Source of the DNA: an uncultured Methanosarcinales archaeon
Lineage (GTDB): Archaea; Halobacteriota; Methanosarcinia; Methanosarcinales; Methanogasteraceae
Direction of reading: 5' to 3'
Assembly (NCBI GenBank): GCA_965369365.1
Contig: CBDUQO010000001.1
Location: 1-44,496, forward strand
Length of the DNA stretch: 44,496 bases
Below the pieces are notes generated by a model, which was not told the DNA's origin, searched no databases, and worked only from the letters and a program-made list of their open reading frames with translations. The translations under genes were made by a program, and so were the position numbers. Position 1 is the stretch's first letter, and the number at the start of each line of letters is the position of its first letter. Shown here in pieces: positions 18,796 to 27,793 of this stretch.

Positions 18796-18990
18796 ATGGA
18801 AATGAATACCTATAAAGAAGATAGCATGAGCCCCGACCATCCTATTGAAACAAAGACGTACGTAACGGCGAGAGTGTCGGTCATAGACTCGCATAAAATA
18901 GATCTTCTGGTTGCAGCAGGACACTTCACAAATCGCAGTGATGCCCTGCGCGAAGCAATCAGGGACCTTATCAGATCGCACGCAGAGTGA
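18796..18990 (+). CDS. Ribbon-helix-helix (CopG/NikR-N-like) DNA-binding protein
   Basis: TARVSVIDSHKIDLLVAAGHFTNRSDALREAIRDLI fits the RHH beta-alpha-alpha pattern. The promoter region contains the inverted repeat tagtgttaat/attaacacta. Confidence 0.7.
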   Translation: MEMNTYKEDSMSPDHPIETKTYVTARVSVIDSHKIDLLVAAGHFTNRSDALREAIRDLIRSHAE

Positions 18991-19005
18991 CGGAGATCAT
19001 AACAC

Positions 19006-21156
19006 ATGAGCTCCTCTTCTATCACAGACGAAATGACTGATCACTACGAGCGTTATAAGGGATATTTTGAAAACAATGAACCTGTATATCTTTCCATCGT
19101 AAATGACATCCTGTCGGACAAAGGAGAGCATCGCAGAAAATTTAAAAAAATATTTAGCTTAGCACGGCTCGAATTTCTGAACACCACCACGACCCCGGAT
19201 TATTTGGGTCTGTTTAATGGCGCCTCCGGATACGTCGACGATTCGATCAAAGCCCAACAATCCCGGCTCAAGCGGTTGGGAGTACTGGATGCCCAAGGGC
19301 TTTTCAAAGAGTCTTTTTTTCAGGAGTATCTCAAGAGGTATGACGATATTCAATCGAAAAAGAAAATTTTGAAGGCAGTGAAGGGGGACAGCACGTTTTT
19401 CGAGGATCAGACCGTCGCCGCTGAGTACGATTACCTGAATACCATGGACGTTATTCGAAAAACCCCCACCACGATCTACCATCTTCCGAATCTTCCAGTA
19501 ACCACTCTTAATTATTTCGACACCAAAAAGATCCAGATAATCAAGATGAATCATGTTGGCGGCAACCCGGTCGTTCAGTTGCCGCTGTCGTACCATTATC
19601 GCTGCAACAAGTGCAAAGACGAGGTGGATATGTCGTTCGATGTAAAAAACGTTCCCTGTGTGGACATGGATTGTGGGGGGGCGATGGTGCGCGTGAAAGA
19701 TAAGGACATCGTGCGCCCTGTATACGCCTCCCGGGTAGTTACCGATGACGCGAATTCTATCTCAATTATCTCGCTTACCGAGATCCCGCAGGGGGAGTTT
19801 ATCGGGGCGGCGTTTCTATGCAAAAACAAAACTGATTATTATCTTTTCATGATTGCTACTGAGGATATTGAGCCGACCAGCAGCACAATCACAATCACCC
19901 CAGATCGGCACGCTATATGGCAGATCATTGAGCAGATCGATCTGCTACACGACACACTAATCCATACACACATCGATGGCATGGATTGGTACAAAGCCGC
20001 CATCCTGCTCGCATACCTGGCGAATCGGAAGGGCAGGGTGAGCACAAACGTGCTCATTGTTGGAGGCCCCGGGGTGGGAAAAACATCGACGCCACGGCTC
20101 TACGCGGCAACTCTGACGCCGCAGCAGAAAGTGGTCGACTCGATGCAGCTCACCGGACCCGGACTGCATGGGTCAATGACTCAGATAAAAATTGGCGATA
20201 GCACTGTCATGGTTCCCGAAGTGGGCTTTCTTGCGCGGTATCAGCTCGTGGTAATCGATGAGCTTCTTGAGAATCGCAATAGCTTGATGCCACAACTGAA
20301 ATCCGCCCTCCTATCATCTACGATCAGCAGAGAGGTTGCGGGGAATCGGACGCAGACCCCAAAGTATGCAACCGCCATCGCAACATCGAATCCAATCCCC
20401 TCCGTACTCGTGGAGCAGCTTAGGTGGATGAATAAGTGGCTTGAGGCCGGCGACGGCACTTGGGACTATTCCGATGATCCGGCGAAGGATGCTATGATCG
20501 CCGAGTGGACGCTTCGGGGGCTTGAGTGGCGTACCGGGCAGACTCTTGCAGACATGGATCGCTACCCGCTTCTGTTTTTCGTGACTGACTCGACCGAGGA
20601 TGTGTCGGCGCACGAGTTAGGCGGAAGGGATAATGAGATCGACGACATGCGACTATCCAAACTGCTATATAATGCGGACATAAACGAGTATTTTAGTTTT
20701 TGTGGCAGGATACACGTGGATTGGACCCCCCATACTGGCAGGGTCATAGATCTTGTGCGCGAATTGATGGCGCATGATAAGATCCATTCGAAAAAACGCC
20801 TCGCGCAAAATATAACGCTGATGCTGCAACTATCAGCACAGATAAACGGCAGGGCGAACCTAACCGATGACGATTTCGCTTTTGTGCGCGAGCTCTGGTC
20901 TAAGACCTGTGAATGGCTTGACGTCGAGGAACTGCGTCACACCGAGGGCGGATATCTGACCCGATCGGGCGATTGGACTATTGAGCGCATCAAGAATGAG
21001 ATCCACACGTACATGCGACAGTGCGAGGGCGTGTCACGGTATCACCTGACGCCGACCGGATTCGCTATGATCGCTGCAAAGTTGGAGGATGCGGGTGCAC
21101 CGGCGGATTTGATTGCCGACACGATAGAGCATTACCGGGCGAACCCAAATCAATGA
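19006..21156 (+). CDS. MCM-like AAA+/P-loop replicative helicase candidate
   Basis: N-terminal C4 zinc ribbon (CNKC..CVDMDC) followed by an OB-like segment. Walker A GGPGVGKTS, Walker B LVVIDELLE. Adjacent to the origin. Canonical MCM motifs are divergent. Confidence 0.55.
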   Translation: MSSSSITDEMTDHYERYKGYFENNEPVYLSIVNDILSDKGEHRRKFKKIFSLARLEFLNTTTTPDYLGLFNGASGYVDDSIKAQQSRLKRLGVLDAQGLFKESFFQEYLKRYDDIQSKKKILKAVKGDSTFFEDQTVAAEYDYLNTMDVIRKTPTTIYHLPNLPVTTLNYFDTKKIQIIKMNHVGGNPVVQLPLSYHYRCNKCKDEVDMSFDVKNVPCVDMDCGGAMVRVKDKDIVRPVYASRVVTDDANSISIISLTEIPQGEFIGAAFLCKNKTDYYLFMIATEDIEPTSSTITITPDRHAIWQIIEQIDLLHDTLIHTHIDGMDWYKAAILLAYLANRKGRVSTNVLIVGGPGVGKTSTPRLYAATLTPQQKVVDSMQLTGPGLHGSMTQIKIGDSTVMVPEVGFLARYQLVVIDELLENRNSLMPQLKSALLSSTISREVAGNRTQTPKYATAIATSNPIPSVLVEQLRWMNKWLEAGDGTWDYSDDPAKDAMIAEWTLRGLEWRTGQTLADMDRYPLLFFVTDSTEDVSAHELGGRDNEIDDMRLSKLLYNADINEYFSFCGRIHVDWTPHTGRVIDLVRELMAHDKIHSKKRLAQNITLMLQLSAQINGRANLTDDDFAFVRELWSKTCEWLDVEELRHTEGGYLTRSGDWTIERIKNEIHTYMRQCEGVSRYHLTPTGFAMIAAKLEDAGAPADLIADTIEHYRANPNQ

Positions 21157-21256
21157 GCGCAGATTTCCGCCTATCCCACTCGATAGCCAGGATAATTGTT
21201 TAGACAAGTTTATATACTATGCGTGTGCATGGTATATTATAGGTATAAGGGCGTGA

Positions 21257-21847
21257 ATGGACAATGACAAGAATATTGATAAGCAAGATACCGGATGGCG
21301 CAGACATGAATTACATAATCGACTGCATACATCGAATCACCAGCAGCGACATCGACATCGAGCAGATACCAGAGGCACCATGATTTTCCAATGTATAAAG
21401 AGGGGGATGATGATGGTGAATAAGCCGTGTCTGTTGTGTGGGCAGCCGGATAATATCAAGGCAGAAATCGTCCGGCGAGCGCATATTATGCACTATGCAG
21501 AAATTGTCGACTGGTTGCACGAACAGGGTATACCCGCGACGTGGGGCCAGGTTCGGTATTTCGTCAGCAAATATGATGTGCCGAGCCCGCAGCAATCAAT
21601 CTCGCCAGTGACGGGGTATAATAACCAACTGCGAACTTATATTGATGCGCTTATCGTATATGATAAGCCAACGTTCACGATTAATAATCTGCGGTTACGC
21701 GGACCTTCGTGGTCCGTCGTCACCCGTCGCATGCACGAGGCGGGACTTATTGAGCCGATGCGAAAATACTCGCCGATACGGTGGAGTGTTCTTGCATCGA
21801 AAGATGAAATAAGCGCGTTCATGGAGGCAGAATTATGCAAAAAATAG
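21257..21847 (+). CDS. Hypothetical DNA-binding protein (start uncertain)
   Basis: TTTATATA-like box at about 21208. CLLCG motif and helix-rich C-half. Overlaps the SNF2 gene start. Confidence 0.4.
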   Translation: MDNDKNIDKQDTGWRRHELHNRLHTSNHQQRHRHRADTRGTMIFQCIKRGMMMVNKPCLLCGQPDNIKAEIVRRAHIMHYAEIVDWLHEQGIPATWGQVRYFVSKYDVPSPQQSISPVTGYNNQLRTYIDALIVYDKPTFTINNLRLRGPSWSVVTRRMHEAGLIEPMRKYSPIRWSVLASKDEISAFMEAELCKK

Positions 21848-23511
21848 GATTGTCTGGGGTGGCGATCCCTGATCCAAAGCCCACCGAGCAGAAAGACGAA
21901 ATCATCCATCTCGTAAGTTTTAAGAGCGGGATGATCGGTGTAAATGCGCCCTTCGAAGAAAAAGATCGATGCAAAGCTCTGTCTACACGCAGATGGGAAA
22001 AGCCGTATTGGGTGTGCCCGGCATCAATCATCGAAGAGGTCGCAACGGCGTTCGCAGATGGTGTGCAGAGTGACGGATTCAAACGTGTTCTTGCCGAGCA
22101 GCACGACAACGCAGCTCCCCGCCCAATACCCACAAACCTCGATCTCGGCAATTTCGGGAACGGAAAAACCATGATGCCATATCAGTTAGAGGGGGTGGCA
22201 AAAATCCTTAGTATGGATATAAAAAGTCTGGTAGCGGATGAAATGGGGCTGGGTAAAACCGTAGAGGCTTTGGCGGTGCTCGCAGTCATGCCAAAGATGC
22301 GACCGGCAATCGTCGTGTGCCCCGCATCCCTGAAACTTAATTGGGAACAGGAGGCAAACGCGTGGCTCGAGACCGATGAAAACATCTTAGTAGTCAAGAA
22401 CGGCAAGGCAAAAACGATAGCCGAGGACGTCAGCATCGTGATAATCAATTATGAGGTACTGAAAAAGTGGCTCCCGGAATTGCAGAAAATGGGGCCGCAA
22501 ATACTGATACTCGATGAGAGCCACGCAGTCAAGAACCCCAAAGCAGCCCGCAGCAAAGCCGCAAAAGAGCTCGCCAGCACAACGCCCCACCGATTACTCC
22601 TAACCGGAACCCCGGTATTGCATCGCCCATCAGACATCCGAAACCAGCTTGAGATCATCGACCCCATTTCATACAATAAGGCGAACTGGTTCTCATGGCA
22701 CATGAAGTATGCTGATGCGAAACAACTCCATTTCGGAAGAAAATCGGTTTGGGACTTTTCTGGCGCATCAAATCTTGATGAACTTGCCAAGTCCCTCGAA
22801 CCAATCATGATCCGACGCACAAAAGCAGAGGTGTTGCCGGAACTACCCGCAAAGCGCCGGACAACCGTCCTCATCCCGATCGACAACCGGAAAGAGTATG
22901 ATAGGGCAAACAAAGAGTTTGCAGACTGGATCACAGACCTGAAAGGTGATGCCGCTTCATCTGCTTTGAACGCAGAGCAGATAGCAAAGCGAGAATACCT
23001 GAAACAGTTGGCGATTCAGGGCAAGATAAAAGAATCCATCGCGTGGATTGATAATTTCCTTGAGTCCGGCGAGAAACTGATCGTTTTCGCTACACACAAA
23101 GCCACGGTTCATGCGCTTGAGCGGCAATATGGAAACATTGCCACGAAAGTGGTTGGTGGCATGTCCGCAGATGCTAAGAACGCTTCTGTAGAGGCATTCC
23201 AGAACGATCCAAACGTCAGATTATTTATCGGAAATATTCAGGCGGCTGGCGTCGGCTACACCCTAACCGCCGCGTCTCATGTAGCGTTCTTGGAACTTCC
23301 CGATGGTCCGGAGATGATCAAGCAATGCGAAGACCGTGCGCACAGGATAGGGCAGACAAACGCCGTAAACATATATTTCTTGCTTGCAGAGCGAACGATC
23401 GATTCGCAAACATCGTCGATGGTGGACCATAAAAATGGAATTATAACCCATATCACTGGCGACGGCGCAGGACAGGGCTTTAATCTGTTTACATTCGTGA
23501 AGGGGGTGTGA
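21835..23511 (+). CDS. SNF2-family helicase/translocase
   Basis: PYQLEGV, DEMGLGKT, ILDESHAVKN, LLLTGTPVLHRP and the C-terminal helicase motifs QCEDRAHRIGQ. Confidence 0.9.
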   Translation: MQKIGLSGVAIPDPKPTEQKDEIIHLVSFKSGMIGVNAPFEEKDRCKALSTRRWEKPYWVCPASIIEEVATAFADGVQSDGFKRVLAEQHDNAAPRPIPTNLDLGNFGNGKTMMPYQLEGVAKILSMDIKSLVADEMGLGKTVEALAVLAVMPKMRPAIVVCPASLKLNWEQEANAWLETDENILVVKNGKAKTIAEDVSIVIINYEVLKKWLPELQKMGPQILILDESHAVKNPKAARSKAAKELASTTPHRLLLTGTPVLHRPSDIRNQLEIIDPISYNKANWFSWHMKYADAKQLHFGRKSVWDFSGASNLDELAKSLEPIMIRRTKAEVLPELPAKRRTTVLIPIDNRKEYDRANKEFADWITDLKGDAASSALNAEQIAKREYLKQLAIQGKIKESIAWIDNFLESGEKLIVFATHKATVHALERQYGNIATKVVGGMSADAKNASVEAFQNDPNVRLFIGNIQAAGVGYTLTAASHVAFLELPDGPEMIKQCEDRAHRIGQTNAVNIYFLLAERTIDSQTSSMVDHKNGIITHITGDGAGQGFNLFTFVKGV

Positions 23512-23517
23512 GCGGAA

Positions 23518-23910
23518 ATGGTTCAAAATCACGTTGTAATTTCGTTTGGGCTACCGAGCCAGAACGAAGTGATAAAAATATCAAAGAAACACTGGTCTGC
23601 TTATGCGGCGATGAAGAAGAAGAACACATCTCTAGTACAAGCTCTTCTGATTGAGCAGGACTGCATACCCCCCGAACCCTACAAGCGCATAGACCTGGAA
23701 TGTGTGTGGATCGAGGCAGGGCGCATTAGGGACCCGGACAATATCATGTGCGGAGGGCTCAAACCCATTTTTGATGCGATGGTGACGAAAGGCGTCATCG
23801 TCGATGATTCTATAAAACATGTGAATCGCATCACATCGACCTTCGAGAAGGGGAAAGAACGTGCTGTAATCGTGAGGTGGAGCGAATGCGAAGCGGAGAC
23901 GCAATCATGA
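23518..23910 (+). CDS. rusA: RusA-like Holliday junction resolvase
   Basis: RDPDNIMCGGLKPIFDAMVTKGVIVDDSIKHV matches the RusA catalytic-core pattern. Confidence 0.7.
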   Translation: MVQNHVVISFGLPSQNEVIKISKKHWSAYAAMKKKNTSLVQALLIEQDCIPPEPYKRIDLECVWIEAGRIRDPDNIMCGGLKPIFDAMVTKGVIVDDSIKHVNRITSTFEKGKERAVIVRWSECEAETQS

Positions 23911-24017
23911 ACAAGCGAGGGTATTTCGTGACGGCGGGTGTCTGTGATGGCGGGTTCGCCGTCGTCGCCCACACAGCAAAAGAAGCGAGGATCAAGGATC
24001 GGTTACGTAGCAAGTGA
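23907..24017 (+). CDS. Unlisted 36-aa ORF
   Basis: ATGA overlap with the rusA stop; MNKRGYFVTAGVCDGGFAVVAHTAKEARIKDRLRSK. Confidence 0.3.
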   Translation: MNKRGYFVTAGVCDGGFAVVAHTAKEARIKDRLRSK

Positions 24018-24112
24018 GAGTGTAGTAACCTTTTATTAAATACAGACTGTGAAGTGTGTGCTATTTTGGTAATCATTTCCCGTTCGCTTCACAGTCTACC
24101 CCCCTCTTGTGA

Positions 24113-24667
24113 TCATTTGCAGAGCCGTTCAAACTCGGCAGCGGTAGGTCCTCGCCCTATATCTCTATAATCTCTGAGCGCCATTTCGAGACGGATTATC
24201 TTCTTGGCATCTTTGATAGCGTTCTTTTTGAGGTCTGCCAGGTGCTGCGCGGTCGACTTGCGTCGGTCTTCTAATATACTCGTCTCAAAACTATCTTTTT
24301 GGGGTGGGGGTTCAATTGATTTGGTGGCGTCTCTTTTTGTGCGCAGGGTCAGACCAATTGATCGCAGGTAGTTTTCGGTTTGGCGGCGGGTTGCGTGCAG
24401 ATCCATTTCCTCAAGCATTCCTTGAATGCGCTTGATGCCATACCCCATCCGGTATGCTTTTCGGACGTGAGAATCCATGTCTGCTTGAGACTCATAATTA
24501 TTGAGTGGGCTGTTCTCTATGCGGGTGGCGGCTCTATAGCTACGCGATCGCAACGTCCTGCCGTCGCTGTTGCTATCGCATCGCACGCACACAACCTTAC
24601 CCTCTATGTAGGTGTGTTCGTAGTCATATTCATGTCCTTTTATGTGGTGAGTTTGTACCGAAGTCAT
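24113..24667 (-). CDS. HTH-containing regulator candidate (only sizeable minus-strand gene in the core)
   Basis: GYGIKRIQGMLEEMDLHATRRQTENYLRSIGL helix-turn-helix. Start taken at the ATG at 24667, which lies about 28 nt from a TTTATATG box on the minus strand. Confidence 0.5.
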   Translation of the reverse strand: MTSVQTHHIKGHEYDYEHTYIEGKVVCVRCDSNSDGRTLRSRSYRAATRIENSPLNNYESQADMDSHVRKAYRMGYGIKRIQGMLEEMDLHATRRQTENYLRSIGLTLRTKRDATKSIEPPPQKDSFETSILEDRRKSTAQHLADLKKNAIKDAKKIIRLEMALRDYRDIGRGPTAAEFERLCK

Positions 24668-24675
24668 GGTTATTA

Positions 24676-24719
24676 TTGTGTAACTTGTGCCCATATAAAC
24701 CTGTCGCATAGTTACACAA
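24676..24719. promoter_or_regulatory. Inverted repeat TTGTGTAACT-N24-AGTTACACAA bracketing a TATA box
   Basis: Same core as at 15790-15834; ccatataaa (24691-24699) lies between the arms. Confidence 0.55.
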
Positions 24720-24767
24720 CATGGACAACATTAATAATGGTTACCCGATATAACTCTAAGTTGCCCC

Positions 24768-25331
24768 ATGCAAGAACAACCGCGCCACGCCGCCGCCTAC
24801 ACGTTTTATAGGGATATGCCGAAACGAAGTTACCGGGTGGTGGCCCAAAAGTGCGCTGTTTCGGAAACGTCCGTGAAAAAGTGGGCGAAGGCGTTTAAGT
24901 GGCAGGATCGTATTGTTTTGTGGGATCGAGCAATACACGAAGGCATACAAGACGCCTCGATAGCGGCGGTGGTGGAAACCCGAATAAAAGAGATAGAACA
25001 GCTTGATCATACATATCGAGAGATCGAAGATCTCAAGCCACTTATTTTTTCGGCGCTTGATACATGCTCATCAAAAGACCCCAAGACGGGGGGGCGCAGG
25101 ATAGAGGTAATCCCCCAAAACACACAAGACATGACCGCCCTCTATAATGCATTATCTCGCCTCAACACCACTCAGATCAAGATTATCGAGGTTGAACGCA
25201 AGATCCGAGGCGAGCCGGACGAGGTTGCGGTGACCGGCACCGTGCACGTTTCGTTAAGCGAAACACTCAAAGAATATGAAAACATCATTACAAGAATCTC
25301 TGAAGGCGATCCGGCTAAAAACGATTGTTGA
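24768..25331 (+). CDS. terS: Terminase small subunit (candidate)
   Basis: N-terminal HTH (SYRVVAQKCAVSETSVKKWAKAF), coiled C-half, directly upstream of and overlapping terL. Confidence 0.6.
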   Translation: MQEQPRHAAAYTFYRDMPKRSYRVVAQKCAVSETSVKKWAKAFKWQDRIVLWDRAIHEGIQDASIAAVVETRIKEIEQLDHTYREIEDLKPLIFSALDTCSSKDPKTGGRRIEVIPQNTQDMTALYNALSRLNTTQIKIIEVERKIRGEPDEVAVTGTVHVSLSETLKEYENIITRISEGDPAKNDC

Positions 25332-26601
25332 CACCATCCTGAACAACCCCTATATCCCACACAAACCCACAGATAAACAGTTCGAGTTTTTATTTTATTC
25401 GGATGTGCTCGAGGGGTTCTACGGTGGTGCTGCCGGCGGCGGGAAGTCGGACGCTCTTCTGGCGGCGGCTCTTCAGTTCGTACAACTACCCCGGTACTCT
25501 GCAATGTTGTTGCGGCGGACTTATGCGGATCTATCTTTGCCGGGGGCTCTGATGGATCGAGCGCAGGACTGGCTAGCCCCCACTGATGCAAAATGGCATG
25601 CTGATACGAAAACATGGGCGTTCCCATCCGGGGCGACAATCACGTTCGGCTATCTGGATCATGAGCGCAGCAAATACCGATATCAGGGGTCTGCGTTCCA
25701 GATGATCGGTTTCGATGAGGTAACTCAGTTCACCGAGCCCATGTATCAATATCTGTTTTCTCGGCTTCGCAGGCTTGAAGATTCTCATATACCGTTGCGG
25801 ATGCGGGCGGCGTCAAATCCGGGTGATGTTGGCCACGATTGGGTTAAGCGCCGGTGGATATTGCCTACATCAACCGAACTTGCGGCTCATAACCGTTTTT
25901 TCGTTCCTGCGTTCCTTGAAGATAACACATATCTTGATAAGGGGTCTTATGCTGCTGCGCTTGACCTGTTAGATCCCATCACGCGGGAGCAGTTGCGGCA
26001 CGGCGATTGGGATATAAGCGTCAGCGGCGGCATGTTCGAGCGCACATGGTTTAATATCGTTGAGCAGGCGCCGAGGGGTGGTGCGGCGGCGCGGTTTTGG
26101 GATCTTGCAGCGACCGAGGCGAAAGCGGGCAGCGACCCGGATTGGACGGTTGGGGTGTTGATGGTGCATCATGGCGATTATTATTATGTGCGGGATGTGG
26201 TGCGGGTCCGAAAAACTCCGGGGGATGTGGAGGCGATCATCATGCATACCGCACAGGTGGATGGGCTCGTAACAAAAATCTATATGGAGCAGGAGCCCGG
26301 ATCATCTGGCAAGGGCATGATACATACATATTCGAAACTTCTTGCAGGATATGCGTTCTATGGAATCCCTAGTAGCGGCTCTAAGTCGGTTCGTGCACAG
26401 CCCCTTAGTGCCGCATCATCCAGGGGGGCTGTGCGGGTCATGGCGAGCGGATGGACGAACGATTTTCTGTCTGAGCTTGAGCGATTCCCAAACGGCGATC
26501 ATGATGATCAGGTCGATGCTGCCGCCGGCTGTTATAATATGTTGACGGCAGGAGCCGATCCATCAAGATTCCGGATGGCCGGCGCAGAACGCCGATGGTA
26601 A
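25276..26601 (+). CDS. terL: Terminase large subunit
   Basis: Walker A GGAAGGGKSDA, Walker B-like MIGFDEVTQF, ASNPGDVGHDWV, C-terminal nuclease DHDDQVDAAAGCY. Confidence 0.9.
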   Translation: MKTSLQESLKAIRLKTIVDTILNNPYIPHKPTDKQFEFLFYSDVLEGFYGGAAGGGKSDALLAAALQFVQLPRYSAMLLRRTYADLSLPGALMDRAQDWLAPTDAKWHADTKTWAFPSGATITFGYLDHERSKYRYQGSAFQMIGFDEVTQFTEPMYQYLFSRLRRLEDSHIPLRMRAASNPGDVGHDWVKRRWILPTSTELAAHNRFFVPAFLEDNTYLDKGSYAAALDLLDPITREQLRHGDWDISVSGGMFERTWFNIVEQAPRGGAAARFWDLAATEAKAGSDPDWTVGVLMVHHGDYYYVRDVVRVRKTPGDVEAIIMHTAQVDGLVTKIYMEQEPGSSGKGMIHTYSKLLAGYAFYGIPSSGSKSVRAQPLSAASSRGAVRVMASGWTNDFLSELERFPNGDHDDQVDAAAGCYNMLTAGADPSRFRMAGAERRW

Positions 26602-26636
26602 AAAAAAGAAAAAGGTTCGTCGAGACATGGGGGAAC

Positions 26637-26948
26637 TCATGCCTCTACTATCTCAAGACTGGCACCCTCTTGCACAAGAGCATCGAACTTCTGAAGCGTA
26701 TTGTCTCGGTCACGCAGAACGACGACCTTAGAGACTCCAATAGGACCTACGCCAAGCCGCCTAGCAGTCTTCATGTGGGCGAACTTAAGCTTGACCTCGA
26801 TATCGACGATATCAACAAGCTCATAGCCGTTGTTATCGTGTGTGATTGTGCTGACTCCTTTCAGCACGACGGCGATGGTCCGCTCACCAGCATGAGTATC
26901 CGTGATCTTAGAGACGATTAGACTTGATTCGATAGACTGACCAGCCAT
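26637..26948 (-). CDS. Hypothetical protein (103 aa), downstream partner of the RHH gene
   Basis: Protein-like translation on the minus strand (MAGQSIESS..); GGGGGTG 6 nt upstream; A-run terminator on the far side. Confidence 0.5.
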   Translation of the reverse strand: MAGQSIESSLIVSKITDTHAGERTIAVVLKGVSTITHDNNGYELVDIVDIEVKLKFAHMKTARRLGVGPIGVSKVVVLRDRDNTLQKFDALVQEGASLEIVEA

Positions 26949-26972
26949 CCTACGCACCCCCGCTTCTGGGAG

Positions 26973-27146
26973 TCATGAGGCAACCTCCAGGCGAGGCGGG
27001 ACCTGCCCGACAACGACGTTCCTGATGTATGCTGATGTGGTGATCCCGCTATCACGAGCGGCAGCCTCGATCATAATAAAGGTCTCAGGCTTAAATCTAA
27101 CAGTCTTCAGTCGAGTATATAAGGTTTCTTCTTTGTTGTTTTCCAT
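26973..27146 (-). CDS. Ribbon-helix-helix protein (antitoxin/MobC-like); start uncertain, could extend to 27266
   Basis: LKTVRFKPETFIMIEAAARDSGITTSAYIRNVVVG is a typical RHH beta-strand plus two helices. Confidence 0.6.
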   Translation of the reverse strand: MENNKEETLYTRLKTVRFKPETFIMIEAAARDSGITTSAYIRNVVVGQVPPRLEVAS

Positions 27147-27292
27147 TGTATCGCGTCCTGAAGCCACGGAACCCTTATATCCCACAATGCGCATCTGCAC
27201 AGGGGAGCGGGTTTCGCTATGCAGGTTGATCTCCTGCATGGCTCCATACTCTGAAATGTACCACATTGCATATAAGCTTTGTGTTACAACTT

Positions 27293-27484
27293 GATTGCAC
27301 GGCGGGGATGATCTCTGCCGGATACAACATCATTCCTGCAAATAAGCAAGTAATGGACGGCATCAAGAAAGTGAAGACCTACCAACTACATCTTCACAAC
27401 GAAAGCACGAACGTGATCAAGGAAATCCGGACATACAAATGGCGGCAGGACAAGAACAAGGACATTCCCAGAAAAAAGAAAGAA
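27293..27484 (+). pseudogene. Relic of the C-terminal nuclease region of a second, different-family terminase large subunit
   Basis: Translation ISAGYNIIPANKQVMDGIKKVKTYQLHLHNESTNVIKEIRTYKWRQDKNKDIP follows the G-x-N-V-x-P-A-x-K..GI..L..Y.I.I...S.NLIKEL..Y.W..DK pattern of PBSX/Terminase_3-type TerL. It has no N-terminal ATPase part and is cut off before the NH..DA.RY motif. Confidence 0.5.
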
Positions 27485-27793
27485 TCAGTCGCGAACCCAA
27501 CGATCCCCCTCCGGGTCGATCAGGTCGCGACCGTCTATGGTGAGTGGCACGATAACTCCAAGAAACTCCACCTTCAGTAGCACAACACCGTCCCGGATGC
27601 TGTAGCGGCCAAATGCGCCACCACCGCCATGTGCCTCATCACTGAGCATTTCATACTCACCATTTTGCAGGTAGAGTATGCCGTCATCTACCCTGCAGCG
27701 GTATGTCCCCTCTGCAAGGTCATCCTTATCGATGCACCCGCAGAGATGCACCGCGAGCAGAACCATCAAGAGCCCGATTGTTCTTTGTTTCAT
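27485..27793 (-). CDS. Lipoprotein (lipobox HLCGC)
   Basis: MKQRTIGLLMVLLAVHLCGC signal peptide with a lipobox cysteine; ATGA overlap with the upstream gene. Confidence 0.65.
   Translation of the reverse strand: MKQRTIGLLMVLLAVHLCGCIDKDDLAEGTYRCRVDDGILYLQNGEYEMLSDEAHGGGGAFGRYSIRDGVVLLKVEFLGVIVPLTIDGRDLIDPEGDRWVRD

Noticed and set aside
19006-21156. Calling the 716-aa ATPase a bona fide MCM
   Set aside because: The zinc-ribbon/OB N-terminus and P-loop fit. However, the canonical MCM Walker A/B wording (GDPGxAKS, IDEFDK) and the SRFD arginine finger are not visible. It is reported only as MCM-like pending profile searches.
26595-26921. + strand 108-aa ORF just after terL
   Set aside because: It overlaps almost completely the minus-strand ORF 26637-26948. 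That ORF has a more protein-like sequence, a purine-rich ribosome-binding site, and is co-oriented and adjacent to the RHH gene. I kept the minus-strand call, without certainty.
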